Origin: Stegostoma tigrinum
Lineage: Eukaryota
Assembly (NCBI RefSeq): GCF_030684315.1
Contig: NC_081392.1
Location: 14,390,427-14,454,426, forward strand
Direction: 5' to 3'
Length of the DNA: 64,000 nt
Below the pieces are notes generated by a model. That model was not told where the DNA came from. It saw nothing but the letters and a program-made list of their open reading frames with translations, and did not search any database. Position numbers and translations under genes: made by a program. This document shows, one piece after another, positions 39,901-51,900 of this stretch. The number at the start of each line of letters is the position of its first letter. Position 1 is the stretch's first letter.

Positions 39901-42900
39901 CCTTAAAAATATAACTTTCTAACAAGGCTGCCCACATGCCGTCTCTATGAGGCTCTTTTTTAAAATTTTCTAACACAAAGTAAAATCTCATGGAACATTT
40001 TTAATTTCATTAAAGGCACTTTAAAACAACACAAGTGCCAGGCAATGACAGTCTCCAATGTGAGAGAATCTAACCACCTCTCTTTGATATTCAGTGATGT
40101 TAACATTGCTGAATCTCCCACTATCAACATCCTGGGGGTTACCATTGACCAGAAGCTGAACTTGACTAATCATATAAGTATAATGGATACCAGACACACG
40201 TGTGGGTGGGAATTCAGTGGTAAGTAACTCACTATCTGATTCCTCGAAACCTGCCCATCACCTACAAGGAACAAGTCAAGAGCATGAAAGAACACTCCTC
40301 ACTTGCCTGGATGAGTGCAGCTCCATCAACACTGAAACCTCAACACCATCCAGAACAAAGCAGTCTCCTGATTGGCTCCCCATCCATCACCGTCAACATC
40401 CATTCCCTCCACCGCTGGTACCACAGTAGCAGCAGTGTGTTCCATTTACAAGATTATCCTTATTTCCAAACTGATAACCTTCAGATTTGAAAATAGCGAA
40501 AGAGACTCTTTTATTCCAGATAAAAGGAAACTGCAGGCCAATTGGGCTTAACATCTGTAATCGGGAAAATGCTAGAATCTGATGTTAAGGTTATGACAGG
40601 GCACTTAGTAAGTCTCCGTGACATCAAGCAGAGTCAGCATCGTTTAATGACAGAGAATTAGGCAGACGTAATTTCTCTAAGTTCTTTGAAGAAGCAAGTG
40701 ACTGCATGGACCGTGTGTGGATGAGCAACATTTAGATTCCCAGAAGTATTTGATGGGTCACCACATTAAAACATTACTGAACATAAGAGCCTGTGGCATC
40801 CAAGGTAATGTTTTACGATGGATAGAGGATTGTTAGCTAATGGGAAACAGTAGACTCTTTCAAGTTGGCAGACTGTTAAGTAGTGGAGTGCCATAGGATC
40901 AGTGTTGGAACCAGAGATACTTACAAACTGTTTCAATGACTTGAATGAAGGGACCCAATGCATGCTGGCTACATTTGTTGAAGAAACAAGATAGGTAGGA
41001 ATGTAATAAACACAAAATGCTGGAAGAATTGAGCATTCTGGCAATGTCTGTGGAGAAAGAAACGTGTTTTACATTTTGAGTCCAGTGTGACTTCAAAAGG
41101 TCAAGGGAAAGAAGGGCGAGTAGGAGGTGTCAGCTCAGAAGGAAGGAAGCCAACACACAGTATCTGCAGTGGCCAGGAGAGACCAGAGTTTTGGCCATAG
41201 AGGTGGATTTTAATGTGGATCCCAAGTGAAAATCAACAATAGAGTCATTTTCAAAAGTGAATTTGAATGTGAGCCCATTCATCCAGCATTGATGGGGTGA
41301 CGCAAAAGAGAAGTGCAGCACAGGAACAAGCCCTTTGGCCCTCCAGGCCTGTGCCAATCATCATGCCCTAAGTAAAACGAGAAAAACAAACCTGCCCTTA
41401 TTCAGTCCATATCCCTCTGTTCCCTCCCTGTTTACGTAACCATCCAGATGCCTTTTAAATGCCGCCAGTGTGCCTGCTTCCACCACCACTTCTGGCAGTG
41501 CGTTCCAGGTTCTTATTACTGCCTGCGTGAAAACCTTACCTCACACATCTCCCTTAAACTTTACCCCATTAACATTTGAATCTGTGCCCTCTTGTAATTG
41601 AAACTTCAACCCCGGGAAAAAGCCTCTGACTATCCACCCTATGTCTGCCTCTCATAATTTGGTAGACCTCTATCAGGTCTCCTCTCGGCCTCCGTCTTTC
41701 CAGTGAAAACAATCCTAGTCTTTAAAACTTCTACTCAGAGCCAGTGCCCTCAAGACAGGACAACATCCTGGTGAATCTTCTCTGTACTCTCTCCAGAGTT
41801 TCCACATCCTTCTGGTAGTGTGATGACCAAAATTGCACACAGCTGTCCAAAATCAGCCTAACAAGGGTTCTATGTAGCTGTAGTATGTTTTGCCAACTTT
41901 TGTACCCCATGCCCCGACAGATAAAGGCAAGCATGCCATATGCCTTTTTAATCAGCTTGGTCACCTGTATTGCCACTTTTAGGGAACTGTGGACCTGCAC
42001 TCCCCTCTCCATCTGTATGTTAATGTTCCTAAGGGTTCTACCATTAACAGTATTATTCACATTTAAATCTGATCCTCCAGAATTCATTACCTATCATTTG
42101 TCTGCATTAACCACCATTTCTGTGCCCAGGTTGCCAATCTATCCATACCCTGTTTTGTCGTTTCACAGTTGTTGGTACTACCAGAAATTCCATCAGTCTT
42201 CGTAACATCTGCAAACTTACTAATCAGACCACCTACATTTTCCTCCAGATCATTTATATAATACTACAAACAACAGAGAACCAATCTCCATTCTGAAAAG
42301 CACTGTTCTACTGTCACCCTCTGTCTCCTATAACCAAGCCAGTTTTGTGCCCATCTAGGAAGCCCACCCTGAATCTCATGTGATTTTAGGGACTTTATCA
42401 AATACCTCACTAAAACCCATGTAAACTACATCCACAACCGTTCCCTCATCAAATATCTCTGTCACCTCTTTAAAAGAAAATTCACATACTCATCCCTGAC
42501 CTCAATATCAGTCATATCCTTCTCCTTGGTGAATACTAATACAAAGTACTCATTAAGAATCTTTCCCACTTCCTATGGCTCCATGTATAACTTCCCTCCT
42601 TTGTCCTCAAGTGGGCCTACATTTTCCCTTGCTACCCTCTTCTAATGTATGTATAAAAAGCCTTGGGATTTTCCTTGATCCTGTTTGCTAAAGGCATTTC
42701 ATTGCCCCTTTTAGCCTTCCTAATTCCGCGTTTAAGTCCTTCCTGCTTTCCACTCCTCAAGGGCTTTGTCAGTTTGTCGATACCTAGAGCTATCGTATGC
42801 ATCCTTTTCCCTTTTGACCAAGCTTACAATTTTGCTTGTCACCCACGGTTCCTGAATCCTGCTATTCCTATCCTTCAGTTTTGCAGGGACGTGCAATGTC

Positions 42901-45900
42901 CTATGCTTTAATCAACTGGTCTTTAAAAGCCTCCCACGTATAACATGTAGATTTGCCCTCAAATAACTGCTCAGTTAAATAACTCAAATAACAAATAACT
43001 TCCCCAGTTCCTGTCTAATTTGGATGTAATTAGTCTTTGCAAAACTAAGCACCCTCACCTGAGGGCCACTGTTGTCCTTGTTCATGACTACTCAGAATCT
43101 TATGGAGTTATTGTCACTAAGCCCAAAATGCTGTCCTGACTCATTCCCTAATACCAAATCTAATCTGGCCTCCTCTCCGGATTGTCAACATACTATCACA
43201 AAAAGCCCTTCTGGAGACATCTAACATTGCTCTCCATCCGAGCCCCTGAATCAGTAGAGCTAGACTCAAAGAAATCTTGTTAGGAGGGAGTTACAGGGTT
43301 AGGGGAAGGAGGCAACTCAGAAAGGAAAAGGAAATTATTTGGGGCTATTGGAGAGCTTGTGATGTGTTTACAAACAGCGTGAGGAGTCATGCCTCTGATA
43401 CAGAACATGGCCAAGTGTAGCACAGGCACGTGATGTTCGATTGGATAATGAGAGGGAAGTTAGATAAATGAGAAAAGGATAGTTCGAAGGGTATGCTGAT
43501 GGTGAAATAGAGGGGTGGGAAGAGGCTTGTGTGGTGCCATGATGCTGACATTGATCAGTAAGGCTGAATGGCCTATTTCTGAGCCGTGAATTAATGTAAT
43601 ACTTACACAAAGTTCCAGCAAAGCTAATGAAGTACCCAGCAAGTTAGTACCTTCAGGAGAGGAGGGCAGGAGGTTACGAGAGACAGGAAATTGCCTAGGT
43701 ATGTTTTAATATCGCTACGTGGTTGGAGTTAATTGATTAATTGGCTAGATACAAATGGGGAACAGGAGACTCTATGGGTCGTACTGGTAGCGTCCGTACC
43801 TTTACCTCAGAATGGCTGGGTTCAGGTCTAACCTGTTTGGGAAGTGTATCATATGTATCTAATCAACTTGCTCAAGGATATCATTGCACACCCCTGGAAC
43901 AGGTAGGTCTTGCATCCTGGCCTCCTGGAACTCCCAAGAAGGGGAGCCATCTAGTGTTCAGTTTGCACTATGCAAAGACCAGCCATTATCACTTTCAGTT
44001 ACCAATTTTCAGATCTTTTAAATTGACCTACCCAAGGATATTATTGCACACCACTGTGAGACTTGAACCTGGGCCTCCTGGCTTACAGATAGGCAATTAC
44101 CACCCTGCCACAACAACCTCTGAACAGGCTGAGATACTTTCTAATGAGTTTTGAGAACTTTCTAATCAACCTGTTTAGGGATGTATCATCCTTTTGTATT
44201 TTCTATTCAACCTGTTCAGAAATGTTATTACACACCTCTGGAACAGCTGGCACTTGAACCCAGGCTCTCTAGGTCAGAGGTAGCGACACTGCTCCTTGGC
44301 CATATTCCCTTCCGAACAGCTTGATTAAGTGCCCAAATGAGAGATGTACGGGAATAGTATGCAGAAAGAGCTGCAAGACTGAGTAGTTAATAAACACTAT
44401 CCACGAAGAAAGTTGTCTTGGTTCCACGTAGTATCTGGATCCAAATTGGACAGTGTGTACCTTGCCCCTGCTTCACACTGTTGTTGGATCTTTGCTTCAT
44501 ATTTAAGATCAAGGAGTCATTCGCGTTCAGGTGACCGTTATCGCCGGAGCAGCAGGACAAGCTACAGCTCGAGTCGACGTTGGAACAGCAGCAGTCGGAG
44601 CAGCAGTGACAGTATGAGTGGCTCCCAGAGTCAGAGCAAATCTTTGTCCCCCGTCAAAGAGAACCTGGGAAAAGTGGCTGCTTCACCCGCCATGGGCGAG
44701 AAATTGAAAAAGTGAGCGTGACTTTGAATTGCTTGTGACTATTTTTATTAATGTTTAAATCTGTCAGTTTATTTTCTGAATTCTTTTGTGAGATATGAGA
44801 GTCACTGGCAACATCACCGTTAGTTGTCCATCCTTAATTGCCTTTGAAATGAGAGGCTTGTTAGGCCGTGTAAGAGTGAATTGCGTTGTTGTGGTTCTGG
44901 AGTCACATATAGTTCAGACTAGGGAAGCGCAACAGATTTCTTTCTGTAAAGGACATTAGAAACCAGATGGATCTTAACAACAAGTGGTGTAGATAGGAGC
45001 TGAATGGCCTACTGCTCTTAAATCAAAACCGACAGAAGAGGATTCTAGAAATCAGAAACAAAAACAAGTTGCTGGAAAAGCTTAGCAGGTCTGGCAGCAT
45101 CTGTAGAGAGAAATCAGAATTAACGTTTTGGGTCCAGTAACCCTTCTTCAGAACATACCCTTCTGAAGAAGGGTCACTGGACCCGAAACGTAAAGCCTGA
45201 TTCCTTTCCACAGATGCTGCTAGACGTACTAAGATCTCCCAGCAATTTCTACTCTTAAATCAAGTTCATTGTTGATTTTATTCAGTTTTCCATCTTCCAC
45301 ATGTTGAAAGCTATTCGTCAGACCAACAGTTAAATTTAGGAACTACTGGTTTGTATTGTTCCAGCTCCTAAAAGTTGGTGAAACACAGATGTTGGTTAAA
45401 TTGCACTGTGTTATCCTCTGAACTGTGCATTTTCTCTATCTTTCTCTCATTCCAGGTCTGACACTCCTGTGGGTAAAGAGTCCGGAGCTGCCAAAGTCAG
45501 TAAGAATTTTAGCTCACCTCCGTTAACACAGCCCTTCTGAAAACCTCACAGAAACACTTATGCAGCCTCAAGTAGTCTTTCAGCAACTTTTAGTAGCTTT
45601 TCTTTTTAACCTGAAATTGTCCTTGAGGCCGAGTGACTGGAAACACGAAGCAGAGTGCATACCAGTTTGGCTCACACACACAAACTGTATTAATTTTTAA
45701 TGAGTTCTAATATGTTCCCTTTCTGTCTCCACCCCCCAAATTGTACTAAAATTCAAAGGCATTGAACTGCCGAAGAATCAATAAGGCTCGTCTCTAATCT
45801 TCCTCTCTCCTGTGATTCTGTGAATGCTCTAAAGTTACTGCAGAGACATTTTAGAATTTGTTACAGGTCTATATTTTGCAGGATTAATGCTTCCACATTG

Positions 45901-48900
45901 TACAGTTGCTGGTTAGCTTTTCTATTAATGTATCATGTTTTCCATTGAATTTTGCTATGTCAACTGTCACAGTTGTACTTGCAGTTTCTAGCCATTAGGG
46001 ATACTCAAGTGAGTTTCTGAAGTGTGTTTCAATTCTGTCAGCTAAATGTGTGCAACAGCAGAGGTGGTTCACCAGTGTCGGCTAAATAGGTTTTACGGTG
46101 TTATAAGACAACGTATTTTAAATCTTTTTGCATCACCACGACAACTATTCTAATCATCCTCTTAAATTAGGCATTTTTCTGAGTCGTGCAGGCCTGAAAG
46201 CCCCCTGTGTTCCATAAGTGGTCAAGGCCTTGGGCAGCATTTCCAGACATTATTCAGCACCCACTGTGTCCAGGAGGAAGTAAAGCCAGGTCATTTTTTC
46301 CTGGCTGTAGAGTAGCTTCTTTTGATTTGCCCACATCCTGCATCAAGTGAGCGTTCATCTTCCACAGCACAACAGTCCCCGCTGTTTGCCTTGTGCATGA
46401 TGTAAGAAGACAGCTGATTGTTGTTGAATTGCACCCCACAAAGGGTTAAACGCATCCGGGGAGGTGGTAAAAATTTACAAGGTGATTGTAAGTCAGTTCT
46501 GTGTTGGGAGTTTTCCAAAAGAGGTTTGATCAGTTTTCGGTAAAAGGCAGAATGGTGCATGAACCTTCAGACCAATGTGTTAGGAAAACGGTACGGTGAA
46601 GGTTTAAGTGACTATGGGAAGCCAGGAGTTTTCAATGTTTACTTTGATCATGTCGAGCCTAAGTTACTAAAACTAACCTTTTTTTAAAAAAATGCCTTTC
46701 CCAAGCTATTCTGCATGCTTTTCATTTTCTGATGTACAGAGTCATACCCCTAGACAGCTGCTGCATGCTCTGACACTGTCCTTTGTGACCCATGTGCACA
46801 TTTACACACAGTCCAAAGGATCTAGTTAGTGTTACTGTGGCCATTTTATACAGCCCAGAAAGAAATTGTGCTATTTACAAGAATGAACCCTAGTTTATAT
46901 GGCTGAATGCTAACACAGCACTAAGCAAATTACTGTTTTGGAACTACAGTCTGTTTTTGTGCAGGACAAACATGACAGGGCACTTAAATGAGAAAAATGA
47001 TTATTAACCAGGGCACTTCACTTACTCCAAGAACAGCGTGAGAGCATCTTTTATATTTACTCATAACATGCCCTCAGATAAACATCTCCTGTCAGTACTG
47101 TACTGAAGCATCAGCCTTTACTACATGGCTGTGTCATTGGCAAGTTGCCTGTGATCCAGGTCAACATTCTAGTCAGCGATGAGGGGACACTGTGATGTCA
47201 GAAGTGCTGTTTTTCGTTGAGGATGAGGCACAAGCTGCCTCCTTGTAGTTGGTGGGCAAAGGAAGATCCTGAGGCACAGTCTGTCACAACAACAGGGAGG
47301 TTGTCCCTGATGTTCTCATCATTTCAGCCAAGATCACTGAAACAAATGACCTGGACACTGTGCTGTTTGTGGGAGCTTGTGTGCAAATTGGCTGCTACAT
47401 TTCCAACAGTGATCACCCTTCAAATCATAGTTCATTGACTGTGAAGTGCTTTGAAACTTGTGGAAGGTGCTGTGTAACTGCAAGTCTCTCATGTTCGGGT
47501 GGGTCCTATACTCAACTTTCTGATTTAGTTGACCATATCCTGCACCCAGTTAAGCTGCCAGTGGTCCCAGTAGACATAACTTTATTAGAACACAGCAGCA
47601 GCAGTAACAAAGCGTTAAATCTGCACCCTCAGTGGTTGGGGGGGGGGGGGAGGTGGGAAACGTGGGGGCAGAATCTTCCTAACACCGTTACATTTGAGGC
47701 TAGACAGAGCAATGATATCTCACTCGCCCTGAACATTTACCTTTTGAATCCCAGACTTGAGCCCTCAGGTTTGAAGATGTTTAATTTCTCATTGTCATTT
47801 CCACCTCCTTTGTAACTGTGAGCACCTGCCTTAGCAAAGCTGACCTTTGTTTCCTGAATAATGTCTGGAGGTTTTCATATGGAATCCTCATTGAAGCATT
47901 TAACACTGTTAGTCCTGTATGATCCACTGTCTAAAGACGAAACAGAAGGTATCTTCTGTCTATTTTTTAATGACCACTTGCTCCCAGAAGGTTAGGCCAC
48001 AAAACTGGTTTAATTATCTTTTCTTCACTGAGGCTTGGACCCATCTTCATGTTCAGCAGTGAGATTGCAACAGGATTCTCAAGTCTGCAACGTGTCGTGC
48101 ACATACATTGAGATGCCCAGGGTATTAGTGTTAACTTCCTGAACGGCTCAGTACCGGACAGAAAATTTAATGTAGTGCTGCAATCAGTAGTCTTTGCAAC
48201 AATGCTGTATGTTGGTAATTTAGGGGCTGAATCAACAGTGCCAGCTAGCAGTGCTTGATGGCATGGTTGTCAGACCTTTGCTTATTGTGTTGCAGAGAGT
48301 TCAAATTCTGATTGCTTCTGCTATTATTTGAATCATTGCTAAGTGTACTGTGTGCAATAAACCCTTACCTTATGTTTGCATTCATCTAGGTTGCAGAAAG
48401 CCCGTAATTGTAACTTGAAATGGTGTAAATCTCCCAGTCTGTGTGGGGCTCTCCCTTTCCCACAGGCTGGTTGGCTGACTGTTGCCAAGGCAGTCAGAGT
48501 TTCCAGGGTGAAAAATGAGTCCCATTCCGTGCTGTTTCTCTCGACGTGATGCAGGATTTTGATACTGTCTGACTTGCTGGAATATTGGCTCCGAACAAAT
48601 GTCACCTTTTTTCTTTCTTCCAGCCAAAGCTGACACCACAGGAAAAGCTGAAACTCCGCATGCAGAAGGCGCTGAATAAACAGTGTAAGGTTCTAAGTCC
48701 CAATTTGCTGCTTTTAACCCCTGCGGGATTTTGGTAACTTTCTGTCCTTCAAGGTGATCGTTGAGTCGGTGCTTTGACCAAGCAACAGGTTCTGCTAATT
48801 CTGCTGATTGTAGAAATAGTAAATCTACCTATACATTCCCAACAACCACTCCTGGGACAGGGACAGCATGGGGTTCGATACAGAGTAAAGCTCCTTCCAC

Positions 48901-51900
48901 ACTGTCTCCCATCAACCACTCCCAGCACAGGGTCACATATAGAGTAAAGCTCTCTCTGCACCATTCCCTCATCAAATACACTCAGAACAGAAACAGTACA
49001 GGACTTGATACAGAGTAAAGCTCAGTCCACAGTGTCACCATCAAATACTTCCAGAACAGGTACAGTATGGGATTAGATACAAAGTAAAACTCCTGTTTTG
49101 TCCAAACTCTGTACTTCAGAAGAGAGGACCACATGGGGGCTTGAACACACAAGTCAATGCTGACACTCCGATGTGGTATTGAGGGACGTGCTTTGAGGTG
49201 CTCTCTTTCTGATGAGACATTAAATTGTCTGCTCTGGTGGATTCGAGAGATCCCATGTCCACTGTTTTGAAGAAGAATGATGGAATTCTCTCCAGTGCCC
49301 TGACCCGGTGTTTATCACTCCATCAACATCTTACACACAAAAAAGAAAATCTGGTTGCTGTCACGTTGCTGTTAGTGGGAACGTGCTGTGATGGTGACTA
49401 CATTTCAATAAGTACCTCACTGGCTACTAAGTGCTTTGAGACAATCCAGCAGCTGTGAAAGGTGCCATATAAACTGGGAAATGGAATTAGAATGGGTTAG
49501 GCGCTTGTCTTTTTCCAGTGCAGACTCAGTAGGCCAAAGGGCCTTTTTCTGTGCTGTAGGAGGCTATACATGTGGCTGTTCATTTTTCATACATCCTACA
49601 ACAATTTACACAACCCAAGTGATGCTGTTTACATATGACCTTGAGCAGTGACTGAGTAGCTGTTCACCTCTGAAAGTCATCATGGTCAAACCCAGCCGTG
49701 CCCAATGTCCACAGCATGGGCATGTTCTCTGGGGACCGAAATCTGGGGGAAGGAAAGCCTGACTGATTACCCCACTCCAATTTCCACCATCCTGTTGTTA
49801 CCAGGCTCAGATGTATCTTGGGTGAAATGTGAATTACCCCTCGCCATTGGCTGCAGACCCGCTAATCCATAACAAATTGAGGGCCAAGGTGCCATAACTC
49901 TGCTGGGCTCAGGAACTCCATCACAAGTGAGCCTATAAAATCATCCAGAGGGATTGAGAGTAGCTGGGGATTGTGTTCCTGGAGAGAGAGAGAGTACATT
50001 GGAATGATTAGATATGTGGGAGTGGGAATACCTCTTCAGGCACGTATTGACAGAAGTTAATCCTTTTTTTTTGCCTCCTCCAGTTAAAGCTGACAAGAAA
50101 GCGGCTCAGGAGAAACAGATGCAGCAAGAACAGGAGCGACAGGTAATCTCCCAGGGCAGCAACAGCCAGTCAGATCGCGGGAAGAGTTGTTGCAGATGTG
50201 GGATGTTTAGAAACATTGTAATAGAGGGAAGCATTCAGGCTCTTTAGACTATTCATCCCACTTGTTTAGGTCATGGCTGATCTGTGGCTTAATTCTACTT
50301 AACCTGCTGTTGTCACATAATCCATAAAATGCTTACCTATGCCAGAATCCAGTGTACCCACCACCCAGGCAGCATCAGTGTGTGTGACATATCGTTGCCA
50401 TTAATACTGCATGTTGCTGCCTGCATCTGAAAGTGTTCTTTTCATTTAAACCAAAGTTTGCCTGAAATCCACCCTCCACGAATCAGACTAACTGCAATGG
50501 GAAGCTTAATACATTATCCTTTCTTCTGTTAAATCTCCCAGTTATAAAATGTTTGCAAAACTGTTGACCCACAGGAGCTTCCCAAAAGACCCCTCAATTT
50601 TCCACACATTACCCTGAACCTTAAGTACAATGTGGAGGGGAGTGATAGCAAATGTAGCAGAGAACTGGGGGGAGGGGAATTCAAGGGGAGTGAACACTAG
50701 GACAGAGAGGAGACTGGGAAGTGGGGCAGCAAAAGAAGTGTAGCTACAATGTGCAAAATAAAATCAGCGGCACCAACTTTTACTGCCAGTGCATCGGCAG
50801 GAGGAAGAATGAACAAAAAAAATCTATTAGTCTCGCAAATTTCTCTAGCATCACATCTTTTGAGGAAGTTGATGTCCAGATTACTTGACCCTTTGCACGA
50901 AGAAGTGCTGATTCACTGCTAAACAGACCTGGCTGTAAAAGTTCATCACAGTTTTCTCTGGAATCACTCGTGATGGATACAAGTTTCATTTTTTCTGTTT
51001 ATTCATTCACGGGATGTTGACGTCTCTGGCTGAGCTGGTATTTATTGCCTATCCCTGATTGCCGAGGGGGCAGTTAAGAGTCAACCACATTGCTGTGGGT
51101 CTGGAGTGACATGTAGGCCAGACCAGGTTACCTTCCCTAAAGGGCGTCAGTGAGCCAGATAGGTTTTTCTGACAATCAACAATGAATTAGTAGACTCCTA
51201 AATCCAGATTTTTATTGAATTCACAATTCGGCCAGATTCAAACCTGGGTCTTCAGAACGTTACGTGGGTCCCTGGATAATGTCTATGGTCTCCAGTGATC
51301 ATACCATTAGGCCATCACTTCCCTTGATCCCTTTGTCATTTAGACACCGTCATTAGATTGGGCTTCATTGTAGAATACGAGTCACTCTGAAGCACCCTAA
51401 AGTCTTAACTCTTTAAGTTCAAATGTACTGCCAAGCAGAGTGCATCCTTCTGAAAGCAGTATCTCTTTCCGGGGAATGTTTTACGTCAGACGGGCCAGAC
51501 CAGTGCTCTGTTTAACTAAAGCAAAACTTCATGCAGCTGCCTTTACATAGAAGCCAGCATCCCATTGGCCATTTTTGATTCCTTGATTGACTGGTCTTTA
51601 AAGTGTATATTTTATGGCATGTAGCTAGTGCTTAGTTTAGAACTGAGTTCACTCCTCAGTGCTGAACAGCTGCATCTCATGGAGGGTTGCAGTGGGACTT
51701 CAATTTAAATTCTTGTTCATATTCATTTCTACTGACTGTAACTTTTAAATAGAGAAAGAGAGACCACAGAGTGCTACAGTGCAGAAAAGATACTGTGTTG
51801 CTCATGGAGCGCAAAATGTCAGTATGTAGATACATTAGTTAATTAGGAAGGCAAATTAAATGTTGTTTTACTATGAGCACATTGGATTTAAAAGTAGGGA

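Noticed and set aside
48530-48585. Possible intronic C/D snoRNA (gtgatgc...ctga)
   Set aside because: C box is imperfect, the span is too short and there is no convincing terminal stem.
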